64,000 bases of DNA from Patescibacteria group bacterium (GTDB lineage: Bacteria; Patescibacteriota; Patescibacteriia; JAXHNJ01), in assembly GCA_043812155.1 (NCBI GenBank), contig JBDRMK010000011.1, forward strand, positions 16,111 to 80,110, given 5' to 3'. Shown here piece after piece: positions 18,995 to 29,497 of the stretch. Position 1 is the stretch's first letter, and the number at the start of each line of letters is the position of its first letter. The notes beneath the pieces are model-generated. The model did not search any database and was not told the origin of the DNA. It saw only the letters and a program-made list of their open reading frames with translations. The translations under genes and the position numbers were made by a program.

Positions 18995-19273
18995 TCAGTC
19001 AGGAATTACGGAAACTAATTTTACGGCCTCTAATTTTCCGTTGAATTTTTTCAGTTTCTTTTTCGTAAAAGCGACTTTTCCCGTTACTTTTGCGTAAAGC
19101 GAATCATCATTTGCCCGGGCGACGTTCTTGCCCGGCCTGAATTTTGTGCCGCGTTGGCGGATGATAATATTTCCCGGGGAAGCTTTGGCGCCGTCATGAA
19201 TCTTTACGCCCAGTCTTTGGCCGGCGGAATCCCGGCCTAAGGCGGTTGAGCCGCCCGCTTTCTTATGAGCCAT
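18995..19273 (-). CDS. rpmA: 50S ribosomal protein L27
   Basis: [24 protein letters not shown].. L27 signature. Confidence 0.85.
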   Translation of the reverse strand: MAHKKAGGSTALGRDSAGQRLGVKIHDGAKASPGNIIIRQRGTKFRPGKNVARANDDSLYAKVTGKVAFTKKKLKKFNGKLEAVKLVSVIPD

Positions 19274-19385
19274 ATTTTAGTAAATTAATTAATTGATTTT
19301 TCTTCATTCTAAAGCATTATGGACTTATTGTCAAGATTGGTTATTTTATCTATAATTAATCCGCTTATCATCATTATTATTAATT

Positions 19386-20573
19386 ATGAAAAAAGTATAT
19401 TTTGATCATGCCGCCACTACGTCTGTAGATCCTAGGGTTTTAAAAGTAATGCTCCCATACTTTAGTCGAAAGTTTGGCAATCCTTCCTCTGTTCATAACT
19501 TTGGCCAAGAAGCGGCTCAGGCGGTTGAAGAATCAAGGGTTAAAGTGGCCGGATTTTTAGGCGCTGATGCTTCCGAGGTATTTTTTACGTCCGGGGCGAC
19601 GGAAAGCGATAATTTGGCTATTTTCGGCTTGGCCAAGGCCATGAAAAGAAAAGGCGGCCGCCGAATTATCACCTCTGTACTGGAGCATCCGGCGGTTAAA
19701 GATACCTGTCAGGCTTTAAAAAAAGATGGTTTTGAGGTAATTGAACTGTCGGTGGATCCCCATGGAATCATTAAAATTGAAGAATTAATAAAAGCGGTCA
19801 CTCCTGAGACATTTTTAGTGACCATTATGTATGTTAATAATGAGATCGGCAGTGTCCAGCCGATCGCGGAAATTGGCCGTTATCTCGCTTTAATAAATAA
19901 GGAACGAACGGCCAAAGACCTAAATACAATATATTTTCATACAGACGCCGTTCAAGCGGTTAACTTGTTTGATTGTCAAGTCGATTATTTAAAAGTTGAC
20001 CTTCTGTCTTTGTCAGGCCATAAAATTTACGGACCCAAAGGAGTCGGCGCATTATACGTAAGAAAGGGGACGCCTCTTTCGCCGATTCAATACGGCGGCC
20101 ACCAGGAGCGGAGTTTAAGGCCGGGGACAATCAATACCCCTTTGATCGTCGGCTTGGGAAAAGCGATAGAATTGGCGGGTCGGAGTCAAAAAATTGATTA
20201 TTTAAAATTAAAGAAATTGAGCGACCAAATTATTAATTTCGTCTTAAAAAATATACCCCGCGTGAAATTAAACGGTAATTTAAAGAAAAAATCGCCCGCT
20301 CACATTGACTTCACTTTTGATAACGTGGAAGGAGAAAGTCTGCTGCTGTTACTTGATCAAAAGGGAATAGCGGTTTCCACGGGATCGGCCTGCGCTTCCG
20401 GCTCGCTTGAACCTTCCTACGTCTTAAGAGCCTTAGGTTTGCCCCCGGAAAAGTGTCACGGCAGCGTCAGAATAAGCCTGGGACGAAATAATTCGGTAAA
20501 TGAAGTAAAATATTTTATAAAGGTATTACCCGAGCTTATAAAAAAAATAAGGGCCAGGTCGCCCTTAAAGTAA
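19386..20573 (+). CDS. iscS: cysteine desulfurase (class V aminotransferase)
   Basis: ..SLSGHKIYGPKGVGALYV.. PLP-Lys region and ..STGSACASGSLEPSYVLRALG.. active-site Cys loop. Confidence 0.85.
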   Translation: MKKVYFDHAATTSVDPRVLKVMLPYFSRKFGNPSSVHNFGQEAAQAVEESRVKVAGFLGADASEVFFTSGATESDNLAIFGLAKAMKRKGGRRIITSVLEHPAVKDTCQALKKDGFEVIELSVDPHGIIKIEELIKAVTPETFLVTIMYVNNEIGSVQPIAEIGRYLALINKERTAKDLNTIYFHTDAVQAVNLFDCQVDYLKVDLLSLSGHKIYGPKGVGALYVRKGTPLSPIQYGGHQERSLRPGTINTPLIVGLGKAIELAGRSQKIDYLKLKKLSDQIINFVLKNIPRVKLNGNLKKKSPAHIDFTFDNVEGESLLLLLDQKGIAVSTGSACASGSLEPSYVLRALGLPPEKCHGSVRISLGRNNSVNEVKYFIKVLPELIKKIRARSPLK

Positions 20574-20599
20574 AATATTTAAATTATCGCCCCGTTTTT

Positions 20600-20905
20600 T
20601 TAGAAAGGGTTATTCAGTTTATCGATATTTTCACCGGGCTGTTTTTTGTTTTCATCTCGTTTAATAACTTGATCATAGGCCGTTTGGTCGATTTTTTGTT
20701 CGCGGGAAACTATCTTTGAAGGGTCAATATCATTATTATTTATTTGCAAAAAGACAAAGATTAAGTCAAAAATTATGACTAAGCAAAACACGCAAACAAT
20801 TAACAAATAATAATATTTATTTAGGAAATTTGTTAGTTTGGTCGTGTTAAGAATAAATTTTTTCATAAATTTATTGCCAATACGTTTTGGCTTGGAGGGT
20901 GGCAT
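20600..20905 (-). CDS. hypothetical small membrane protein (start possibly at internal Met ~20866)
   Basis: single TM helix; overlaps end of upstream pilO-like ORF. Confidence 0.3.
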   Translation of the reverse strand: MPPSKPKRIGNKFMKKFILNTTKLTNFLNKYYYLLIVCVFCLVIIFDLIFVFLQINNNDIDPSKIVSREQKIDQTAYDQVIKRDENKKQPGENIDKLNNPF

Positions 20906-21386
20906 TTACCATAGCACCCGCGGTCGAAACGGAAAAATTAATTGAGATAATTTTAATATAGTAATCCAGGGATTCCAGGCCCTTCAAATAGCTTAGAATC
21001 CGCAGATAATCGCCGTTTAGCTGGATATTTATTTTTGTTTCGGCCGTATTATTTGGGCTTGGAGCCTCAAGATTATAATTTTGGATAAGGCTGTTCTGTT
21101 GGGCCAAGTCTTCAATATTTTTAAAGAAATTCAATTGATTGGCCGAGGAGAGGGTCATTTTTTCTAAATCATTCTTTTTTTCGAGAATTATTTCATAATC
21201 TTTCTGGATCTTGGAAATATTCTCCGACTTGTTTTTCATTATTTCAAGAGTGATTTTTTGCTCGTCAATCTCATTTTTTACCCCGGTAACCTGATTAATT
21301 AATGGGAATATGACAAATATTATCAAGGCAAAAATACAAATAATTAAGGTTGAGACAAAGATTAATATTTTTTCCCGAAATGGCAT
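20871..21386 (-). CDS. PilO-like pilus assembly protein
   Basis: N-terminal TM then coiled-coil; position downstream of pilM/pilN. Confidence 0.45.
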   Translation of the reverse strand: MPFREKILIFVSTLIICIFALIIFVIFPLINQVTGVKNEIDEQKITLEIMKNKSENISKIQKDYEIILEKKNDLEKMTLSSANQLNFFKNIEDLAQQNSLIQNYNLEAPSPNNTAETKINIQLNGDYLRILSYLKGLESLDYYIKIISINFSVSTAGAMVNATLQAKTYWQ

Positions 21387-21388
21387 AT

Positions 21389-21943
21389 TTATAATTTGTA
21401 ATTATCCAAGACTATTTTTGCCGTAATAACGAAATCAATATCTTCTTTTTTAATCAAATTTGAAATAGGTGAATTAAGATCGCTTATAATTTTTGTATTT
21501 TCAAGATTGGCTTTAAGGACAAGAAAATCATCTCTTTGGTCGGCATGGCCGTTTATCTGTATTTCTTTACTTTCCTGATTTAATGAAAGCTGATTAAGTA
21601 AAATATTGGCGGGGATAAGGGCAGTGAAGTCGGTCAGATAGTTTGACCACTTGACGTAATCTGATTGTATGTCGGCCAATAAAATTATATTTTTGTTAAT
21701 TTCTTGAATAGCGTTATTTAGGGAAGTACCCTGATTGGATGGGAGGTTGGCCGTAGCCTGGCTGACTTCATCTTTAATGCTGTCCAGCTTGTGGTTAAGA
21801 TATAATTTTGTCCCGTAAAACAACAATAAATTGATAATTAGAAAAATAGCGCAAAAATAAGAGATATATCTGAACGCGAATAAAGTTTTCTTTTCTTTAA
21901 GCTTTTTCTTTTTTTCTGGGGAAAGAAGGTTTAATGACATCAT
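21389..21943 (-). CDS. PilN-like fimbrial assembly protein
   Basis: N-terminal TM after short cytoplasmic tail, coiled-coil; downstream of pilM with overlap. Confidence 0.45.
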   Translation of the reverse strand: MMSLNLLSPEKKKKLKEKKTLFAFRYISYFCAIFLIINLLLFYGTKLYLNHKLDSIKDEVSQATANLPSNQGTSLNNAIQEINKNIILLADIQSDYVKWSNYLTDFTALIPANILLNQLSLNQESKEIQINGHADQRDDFLVLKANLENTKIISDLNSPISNLIKKEDIDFVITAKIVLDNYKL

Positions 21944-23006
21944 TTTTAATTATATTTTTTAGGCCCAGGCCGATGGCGGTGGTGAAAGAGCAGGCCTGAT
22001 CCGCCAGAATTTTTACTTTCGACTGTTTTAGATTGATATCGACTAATGGATTAATTTTTTCCACGGGTAAGTTAAGCTTTTTTTTCAAAAATTCGTCAAG
22101 ATTCTTGAGCAAAGCCCCGGAGCCGGAAAGAACTATTTTTTTAAATTTCTCGCTGTTCGGGAAGATATTAAGATAGAAATTTTCTGTTTCCCGCACTTTT
22201 TCCGCTAATTCGTTGAAAAGCGGGGTAATAATTTTGATAATTTGACCTTTGCCTTTTTTCGCCGCCAGTCCGCAGATTATTTTCGCTTTTTCCGCGTCGG
22301 CCGGGCTCATTTGAAGTTCCCGGGAAATTTTTTGCGTTAGATCTTTGCCGCAAAAAGCGAGAGTGGAGGAAAATTGGATGCCATGATTATCATAGACGAT
22401 TAAATTGGTATGATCACCCCCCAAATCAATGATCAAAAACGGCGAGAGTATGTTGGTTTCGTTGCTTAAAATACTGCGGGTAATGGCCATAGACTCGGTT
22501 TCAAAGGAAACAGGAAGCAATTTCGCTTCTTCAAGCAAATGAGTGTAAGAATCAACAATATTCTTGGGCGCCGCGGCAATTAGGACTTTAAGACATTTTT
22601 CCGAGGTTTTAGCTTCATTAATGATTTGCCAATCAAGATACATTTCGTCTAAGGACATCGGAATATGCTGGGCCGCTTCCCATTTTATGGCTTCGTTAAG
22701 ATCGGGACTTTTCGTTTCGGGCAGCTGGATCAGCTTGATAAAGGTTTTTCTTTCCGGCAATACGCAGTTAACATAGGTTGTGCTTACTTTATGGCCAGCC
22801 GTATTTTTTATCAGCCGGGTAATTTGATTTTTTAACTTTATTTCATCCTTAATTTCCCCGTCAAAAACCACTCCTTCGGGTATGGCTAATTCGTTGAGGG
22901 AGTTGATAATAATATCTTTGCCTCTATATTTTAACTGGGCTAAGCGGATATCAGAATCGGAAATATCAAGGCCAAAAATGTTTTTAAAAGGGTTAGTATT
23001 GAACAT
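21897..23006 (-). CDS. pilM: type IV pilus assembly protein PilM (actin-like ATPase fold)
   Basis: ..IFGLDISDSDIRLAQL.. and ..LIIDLGGDHTNL.. actin-fold phosphate motifs. Confidence 0.75.
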   Translation of the reverse strand: MFNTNPFKNIFGLDISDSDIRLAQLKYRGKDIIINSLNELAIPEGVVFDGEIKDEIKLKNQITRLIKNTAGHKVSTTYVNCVLPERKTFIKLIQLPETKSPDLNEAIKWEAAQHIPMSLDEMYLDWQIINEAKTSEKCLKVLIAAAPKNIVDSYTHLLEEAKLLPVSFETESMAITRSILSNETNILSPFLIIDLGGDHTNLIVYDNHGIQFSSTLAFCGKDLTQKISRELQMSPADAEKAKIICGLAAKKGKGQIIKIITPLFNELAEKVRETENFYLNIFPNSEKFKKIVLSGSGALLKNLDEFLKKKLNLPVEKINPLVDINLKQSKVKILADQACSFTTAIGLGLKNIIKNDVIKPSFPRKKEKA

Positions 23007-23014
23007 TTGATTAT

Positions 23015-24982
23015 TTATAATTCCTGCCAGGTGCCTTTTTTAATGGCCCAGCTGGCTCCCGGACCGGAAATAAACTTAGCATTGGCCAGCCCGCTTTCGT
23101 AAGTAACTGTGGCATTTTCTCCCATAATCAATCGGTGAGCGGTGGCTTCAAAAACACCGGCATTGTTGTTTAATTTTATGGCGCCGGCCGAGGCATAAAA
23201 AATAACAGCCGTAGCGTTGTTGTCAACGTCAATCGCCGGATCGATATCGGTAATTTTCGTGCTAGTAGAGAGAAACATTATATAGCTGTCTTTACCAATT
23301 TCCGGTGGGGGTTCAGTGGTATTGCAGGCCGGGGAAGGATCAGCGGTATAACCAGACCCGCAGAAAAAGACATTATTAGAAACATTTATTTCCCCGTCAT
23401 TAATTATTAGACCGCTTTGTGAGCCATAACCAGCGTCCAGATAAACTTTTGAATTATTGTCTAGATCAATTTTACCAGTGACATAGACAGTGCCTGTCAG
23501 TTTAAGCTCCGCATTATTGATAACTTTTAAATCACCTTCAATTTTTATCGGACCCAAAGCCGCGTCATCGCCCTCCCCGTCTAAAGTTAGACCGGCGGCA
23601 ATGCAGGTTCCCGGAGAAACGCACTCATCATCGCTTGTACACTTGGTATCGTTGTTATTCGAGCAGACTTTATAAGTCCCTCCGGCTATAGCTTCATTTT
23701 TCCAGTCACCAATATTAATTGTTGAGATCGGCATATCCATCAGGCCGCCAGGTTCTTCTTGAATACAGGCGGCATTAGGGCCCGGCAGGCACGTAGTACC
23801 GTTTGCTTTCGTGTTTGTGTCAACCACCCAGTAATGGGCCTCCTGGCCGATGGTGGCATTTTTTATTTCATAGGCATAGGCTTTCTCGTTGATGGTCGTG
23901 CCGTCAATATAGGTGGTATTGGTGGCTAAAAATATTTTGAAATTAATGTCTCCGCTTATTTTTGTCCAAGAGGGATTGGGTAATTGATTCCAATCCGCGC
24001 TGTATTTAGCCATGCCATTGCCATAGCCTTCATCAGTACTTGATTTAGAAGAGATCCAGTGTCTTAGATAGTTTATAGGAGAGGCATCAGAGGGGGCAAT
24101 TACTATCCAGTAATCTTCGCCGCTATTTAGAAGGGCAGGGGTTTGCATCGCGACGTTTATCCAACCAAACTGGGTCATGGAGGCAAGAGAGGGATTTAAG
24201 GTTCCTTCGGCGATAACATTGTCTTTATCCGGGATGTCGTCTGCTTTTTGGGCGCCGGCCTTATTGCCCAGTATTTTAACTTTAGTGCCAGTCGGACATT
24301 TATTGACATTATTGCCTTCGCAGACTTTCTTCAGTCTTAAACTGACCATGGTGATATTATTAGTACCAGGAGAAATAAAACTTTGAGCAAGATCAGTTTC
24401 AGTCGCGTTGTGGCCGAATTTCTCTTCTGCGTCTTTTAAAATGTCATTAACCAGTGAAACTGCCGAGCCAGTGGCAACAGTGGCGGTATTATGAATTACT
24501 CCAGGACCGGTGATACTGCCGTTGGAGTAGATATTGCCAACGATTTCAGAATTATTTTTCATTATCAAACCGCCCTCGCCCACTTGGACACCATAGTGAA
24601 AAGCGACATCAGTAGTGGTAAGTTCGAGCTGGACTCTGATTTTTTTTTCGGTTTTTGGATTGGCTAATGAGGGATAATATCCAGTTGACTCAATGGTGGC
24701 GATATTGCCTTGCTTAGCGACGGTGGTAACAATGGTTCCCGCGGCCTGCGCTCCCTCGGTCCAATTGATAATTTCTCCTAAGTAAGTTGATTCTTCATTC
24801 ATTTTTTCGATTGCTCGGTCTATTCCCGCCTCAGCCACATTAAAGGCAATTTTTTGCTGGTATCTTTTCTGGATGAGATAATTATTACCGAGTATTAAAC
24901 TTACCAGAACCGCGACTAATAAAACAATAACGCTTAAAAATAAAGTAGAAATAACTAGGATCTGCCCTTTTTGTTTTTTCAT
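23015..24982 (-). CDS. large pilus-associated protein: PilX-N-like hydrophobic N-terminus plus parallel beta-helix-like repeats
   Basis: MKKQKGQILVISTLFLSVIVLLVAV.., G/N/T-rich repeats (..GDLKVINNAELKLTGTVYVTGKIDLDNNSKVYLDAG..); located between pilins and pilM. Confidence 0.45.
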   Translation of the reverse strand: MKKQKGQILVISTLFLSVIVLLVAVLVSLILGNNYLIQKRYQQKIAFNVAEAGIDRAIEKMNEESTYLGEIINWTEGAQAAGTIVTTVAKQGNIATIESTGYYPSLANPKTEKKIRVQLELTTTDVAFHYGVQVGEGGLIMKNNSEIVGNIYSNGSITGPGVIHNTATVATGSAVSLVNDILKDAEEKFGHNATETDLAQSFISPGTNNITMVSLRLKKVCEGNNVNKCPTGTKVKILGNKAGAQKADDIPDKDNVIAEGTLNPSLASMTQFGWINVAMQTPALLNSGEDYWIVIAPSDASPINYLRHWISSKSSTDEGYGNGMAKYSADWNQLPNPSWTKISGDINFKIFLATNTTYIDGTTINEKAYAYEIKNATIGQEAHYWVVDTNTKANGTTCLPGPNAACIQEEPGGLMDMPISTINIGDWKNEAIAGGTYKVCSNNNDTKCTSDDECVSPGTCIAAGLTLDGEGDDAALGPIKIEGDLKVINNAELKLTGTVYVTGKIDLDNNSKVYLDAGYGSQSGLIINDGEINVSNNVFFCGSGYTADPSPACNTTEPPPEIGKDSYIMFLSTSTKITDIDPAIDVDNNATAVIFYASAGAIKLNNNAGVFEATAHRLIMGENATVTYESGLANAKFISGPGASWAIKKGTWQEL

Positions 24983-24983
24983 A

Positions 24984-25544
24984 TTAATTATTCCTTAGAT
25001 AGGCGCTGGATTGGGAGATAATTTCCTTTTCCAGGCCTTTGTAGGTTTTTGAAAGGATTAAAGTGATGTAAACAATTTTGGCATGAGTTGGATCAACTTT
25101 ATTATAACGAAAAATAATTTTTTTAACAAAATTGGCGATGACCTTTGTTTCGTCCGTCCGTCCTACACTTGCCGGATCGACGTCAGTCAGCATTTTTAGA
25201 GTTGTTCCGTCCAGATAAAAAACAAAATAATCGTATTTATCCGCCACCGGATTATTATTGGTGTCAATCGCATTTACTTTTAAAACCAGCTGCGAAGGGC
25301 CGGAACTGTAGATATCGTAATCAGTGACATTTAAACCAAGATTAGCGGCTTGGGTAATTTCACGCATGGCCGTGGCTCCTTCCTGCTGTAAATTAAGGTA
25401 AATTTGCTGTTGGGAAACCACGCCGTAAGCCGTGATAATAATGGCCGTCGTGACCGTGGTTAAAATGATGAAAATCGTAATAATAATCAAAGTTTCCATC
25501 AAAGTGACGCCGTTTTGCTTTTTTCTATTTAAGATGGACCCCAT
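24984..25544 (-). CDS. type IV pilin-like protein (prepilin N-terminus)
   Basis: class III signal: ..NGVTLMETLIIITIFIIL.. (G^VTLxE). Confidence 0.65.
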   Translation of the reverse strand: MGSILNRKKQNGVTLMETLIIITIFIILTTVTTAIIITAYGVVSQQQIYLNLQQEGATAMREITQAANLGLNVTDYDIYSSGPSQLVLKVNAIDTNNNPVADKYDYFVFYLDGTTLKMLTDVDPASVGRTDETKVIANFVKKIIFRYNKVDPTHAKIVYITLILSKTYKGLEKEIISQSSAYLRNN

Positions 25545-26481
25545 ATTTGCTGATCAAAGTTGTTAAGCTAACCTGGCGGGTTCGGTTGTTATCCTGCCAT
25601 TGAATTTTAGCGATAATTTCTTTGACATCAGCTGAGCCGCCGTAATCCTGGATAGTAAGCTTTGTTTGGCCGGATGGGAGATCATTTAAGCCCAGTCTTT
25701 CCCAGCCGTCGGCTGTTTGGCCAAGCGGTCCTAGAGAAAAATCCCCGTTGGTCACAAGAGTGCTGTTAATTTTAATATCGTCAAAATAGGCATGGACACC
25801 ATTAAAGCCTAAAAGGGCAATTTTGCCTGAAGTAAAACTAGAGTCAGTGACGGTAGTTAATAACACTGTGTTTCGGTAGATTTTTAAGGTATTGGCGCTG
25901 GTCTCTAATTTATACGTGTACCAGATATCAAAAGCCGTGGCCGGAGCGGAAGTATATAGGGTAGTTTCCGCACCTTCAACTTTTTTAACTAGAGTTAAGC
26001 TGTTGGGTGAAAAAGAAAGCCGATAATTATTATTTTTATCCTGGTAGCGGAAAAAGAAACCGGTTTGCCAGCCGGCGGGACTGTCGGCTCTGACTTTAAT
26101 ATTTGTTTCTAAAATAAAATTATCATCGTCGCCCAAGGGCAGCAAAGCCAGACCAGTGATCCCCGAAACGACCCCGGGTGATTTTAATTCATAAATATAA
26201 TTCGTGCTGTCGTCAGCCACTTGCCAGGTTCCAAGGTTGTAAGCGATATTTAAAAAATCGGCGTCAGTACGGTTGGTCAGCTTGTCAAAAGAAAAATGCC
26301 TTAAAGATTCGATTTCCTCCTGGGCGAGCTCATAGGCATGAATCATATTTTTGCAGGAAGTGGAAACTTTTAAAAAATACGATATATTGGAAAAAATTAT
26401 AACAAGTGTCGAAACGACTAAAATAGAAATTAAGGCTTCAATCAGACCGACGCCATTTTTGTTTTTTAAGAATTTAATCAT
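25525..26481 (-). CDS. pilin-like protein with C-terminal LamG/concanavalin-like jelly-roll domain
   Basis: prepilin motif ..NGVGLIEALISILVV..; C-terminal region resembles LamG-like lectin fold (..GKIALLGFNGVHAYFDDIKI..). Confidence 0.55.
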   Translation of the reverse strand: MIKFLKNKNGVGLIEALISILVVSTLVIIFSNISYFLKVSTSCKNMIHAYELAQEEIESLRHFSFDKLTNRTDADFLNIAYNLGTWQVADDSTNYIYELKSPGVVSGITGLALLPLGDDDNFILETNIKVRADSPAGWQTGFFFRYQDKNNNYRLSFSPNSLTLVKKVEGAETTLYTSAPATAFDIWYTYKLETSANTLKIYRNTVLLTTVTDSSFTSGKIALLGFNGVHAYFDDIKINSTLVTNGDFSLGPLGQTADGWERLGLNDLPSGQTKLTIQDYGGSADVKEIIAKIQWQDNNRTRQVSLTTLISKYGVHLK

Positions 26482-26483
26482 TA

Positions 26484-27701
26484 TTATATCGCTTCCGAAA
26501 GGGAGTAAATAGGTAAAATAATGGCGGCGACCAGTAAAGCCACTGCGGCGCCTAAAACAAGCATGATGATAGGTTCAATAATAGTGGAAAGATTGCTCAT
26601 TGTTTGATCGACTTCCTCTTCGTAAAAACTGGCTAATTCTTCCGAGATAGTGTCCAAAGTGCCGCTTTCCTCGCCGACGGCGATCATCTGTAAGATCACC
26701 GGGGTAAAAAGATTAGGGTAAACTTCCAGGCATTTTTGAACCGTAGCGCCGGTTTTTAATTTTTCCGCCGCTTCTTTCATGGCGTTTTGGTAATGAACAT
26801 TGCCCAAGGTTTTTCCGATAATTTCGAACGCTTTGACGATTGGTATATCCGTGGCTAAAAGGGAATTAAGGCTGCGGCTGAAACGGGCCAGGTTGACTTT
26901 TTTAATGATCGGGCCGAAAATCGGCAATTTTAGAACTAATTTATGGTAGGTAAATTTTCCTTTATTAGTTTTTAATAAACGTCGCAACCCGAAGATTAAA
27001 AGAACCAAACCCAAGAAAACCCAGAGGCCTTGTTTGATGATTAAATCGCTGAGAGACATTAAAAGGCGGGTAATAAGGGGGAGTTCGGCGCCCGCTTCTT
27101 TAAAGACGCTGGAAAGCTGGGGGATGACATAAACCATCATGGCAATACCGATGCCGACCATGGCGATGACAATAATAACAGGATAGGTCATGGCTCCTTT
27201 TATTTTCGCGATAAGCGCGTGATCTTTTCGCATTTGCGTCGCTAAGCTTTTCAAGACTTCATCCAGCTTGCCCGAGGCTTCGCCGGCGGCGATCATATTT
27301 ACGAATAATTCCGAAAAATATTTTTTGTGCTTTTCCAGCGCCCGGGAAAGAGTAACGCCGCTTTCCACCTCTTTTTTTAGATCAAGAATAATATTTTTTA
27401 ACTTTTTTGAGCTGGTCTGCTCCGCTAAGACGCCTAAGGCTCGGCCGATGGAAAAACCCGTCCGCATCATCACTTCCAGATTTTTCACGAAAAATATTTT
27501 TTGGGTGACCGGAATACTCTGAAAACGCTGTAAAAGTGAAGAAATATCCAAAGAAGATTTTTTCTTTCTAGCCGCATGACTCGTTAGGGTAAGATTTTGC
27601 GTTTTTAATTGCTGAGCCAGATCATCTTCATTAACGGCGGATAAACTGCCTTTGATGATTTTGCCTTCTTGATTGCGAGCGGTGTATTCAAAATTTGTCA
27701 T
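26484..27701 (-). CDS. pilC: type IV pilus inner-membrane platform protein PilC (GspF family)
   Basis: two GspF repeats, 3 TM segments, 405 aa. Confidence 0.85.
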   Translation of the reverse strand: MTNFEYTARNQEGKIIKGSLSAVNEDDLAQQLKTQNLTLTSHAARKKKSSLDISSLLQRFQSIPVTQKIFFVKNLEVMMRTGFSIGRALGVLAEQTSSKKLKNIILDLKKEVESGVTLSRALEKHKKYFSELFVNMIAAGEASGKLDEVLKSLATQMRKDHALIAKIKGAMTYPVIIVIAMVGIGIAMMVYVIPQLSSVFKEAGAELPLITRLLMSLSDLIIKQGLWVFLGLVLLIFGLRRLLKTNKGKFTYHKLVLKLPIFGPIIKKVNLARFSRSLNSLLATDIPIVKAFEIIGKTLGNVHYQNAMKEAAEKLKTGATVQKCLEVYPNLFTPVILQMIAVGEESGTLDTISEELASFYEEEVDQTMSNLSTIIEPIIMLVLGAAVALLVAAIILPIYSLSEAI

Positions 27702-27704
27702 ATA

Positions 27705-29436
27705 TTATTCCTGAGTGGCTCTTAAGATTTCTTCAATTGAAGTGATACCCATTTTGGCTTTAATAAAGCCGCCTTCCGTCATGGTGATCATTCCCTCTTT
27801 AACCGCTGTTTTTTGAATTTCCTCGGACGAAGCCCCTTCTAAAATTAGCTTGGTTATATTTTCCGTGTTTTCCAGAATTTCATAAACGCCTATTCTTCCC
27901 TTATATCCCTCCCCGTTACATTTTTTACAGCCTTTGCCCCGGTAGAATAAAATGGTGTCTAAAGGCTGCTTGGCGGAAATAATCGCCCCCTCTCTTTCCA
28001 GGCCATTTAAAATGGACTGGAAATTGACTTGTTTTTCTAATTCTTCAATATTTTTTTTTGGTTAAGGAATAGCTTTGAATGCAGCCCAGGCAAATTTTTC
28101 TTACTAGTCTCTGAGCGACGATAATATTTGAAGTTGAGGCGATCAGGAAAGAGGGGACGCCCATTTCCTCAAGACGAGGCAGGGCGGTGGCGGCATCGTT
28201 AGTATGCAGGGTAGATAAAACCAAATGTCCGGTCATAGCGGCATGAATAGCGATTTCCGCTGTTTCCTTGTCCCGGATTTCACCGACCATAATGATATTG
28301 GGATCCTGTCTTAGCAAGGAGCGCAGACCGGTGGCAAAAGAAAAACCGATTCGAGGATTAACCTGGCTTTGATTGACGCGCGGCATGCGGTATTCAATTG
28401 GGTCTTCTACGGTTGAGATATTGACTTTTGGAGAGTTTAATATATTTACAATACTGTAAAGAGTGGTTGTTTTACCGGAACCGGTAGGTCCGGTCACTAA
28501 GATGACGCCATGCGGTTTTTTTAGATTTCTTTTTATTATTTCCAGCTGCTTATTAATAAAACCAAGCTGCTCTAGGGTGGAGATTTGGGCGGATTCCCGA
28601 AGCAATCTCAAAACGATTTTTTCGCCGTCAAAGACCGGCAGAATAGACACACGGAAAGATACTTTTTGAGTTTCCATGGTGATCTTAAAGCGTCCGTCCT
28701 GGGGCATGCGATGCTCGTCAATTTTCAAGTTAGATAGAATTTTTATCCTGGCGACGACTCCTGTCTGGACGTTTTTTGGCAAGGTCATTACGTCGCGTAA
28801 AATGCCGTCAATGCGGTAGCGGATTACGGTCTCTTTTTCCGTGGGCTCTATATGGATATCGGAGGCGCTCTCAAAGATGGCGTATTCAAGAATGGTGTCC
28901 ACGATTCTGACCACCGGGAGATCTTCCGCCAATTTTTTTAAATCAGTTTCGTCGGAGGGAATTTTTTCCTCTTTGCCATGAGTGATATCCTTGAATTCAG
29001 CCTTTAAACCCTTGTGGTATTGCTTTAAGGCGGACTTGATGTTTTCCGGGGTAGTAACGTAAATAACCGGCTTCAGTCCGGTTTTTTTCTCAATAAACTC
29101 AAAAATCTGCAGGTCATCAGGCTCCAGAGTGGCCAGCTTGATTTCTTTCTCCGTTTTATCAAAAGCAAAAACCCCGTGAACCTGGACAATGGGTTCTGGG
29201 ATAAGATCGAGAATGTCTTTTCGGATGACCTGGTCCTTAATGTCCATGAACGGCAGTTTCAGGTAGCGGGCCAGAGTTTCATAAACAATAGTTTCCGAGA
29301 CGAGGTTTTTCTCGATCAAATACTGATAAATTTTTTTTCCTTCTTCCTTTGCTTGAGCTGAGGCTTGGTTAAGCTTTTCCTCTCCAATTATCTTTTCTGT
29401 GATCAGTAATTTTTTTAACTCTTCCTCCTTAATCAT
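27705..29436 (-). CDS. pilB: type IV pilus assembly ATPase PilB (GspE family), interrupted by frameshift in A9 tract (plus-strand T9 28051-28059); C-terminal 113 aa (27705-28045) in another frame
   Basis: Walker A ..VTGPTGSGKTT.., Asp/His boxes, ..CLGC..; downstream frame encodes ..GKGCKKCNGEGYKGRIGVYEIL..GMITMTEGGFIKAKMGITSIEEI.. Confidence 0.8.
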
Positions 29437-29497
29437 TTTTTGTGTTTAGTTTTAAAATATACCCCTATATTATATCATATTATAACTCTTTAGTCAA

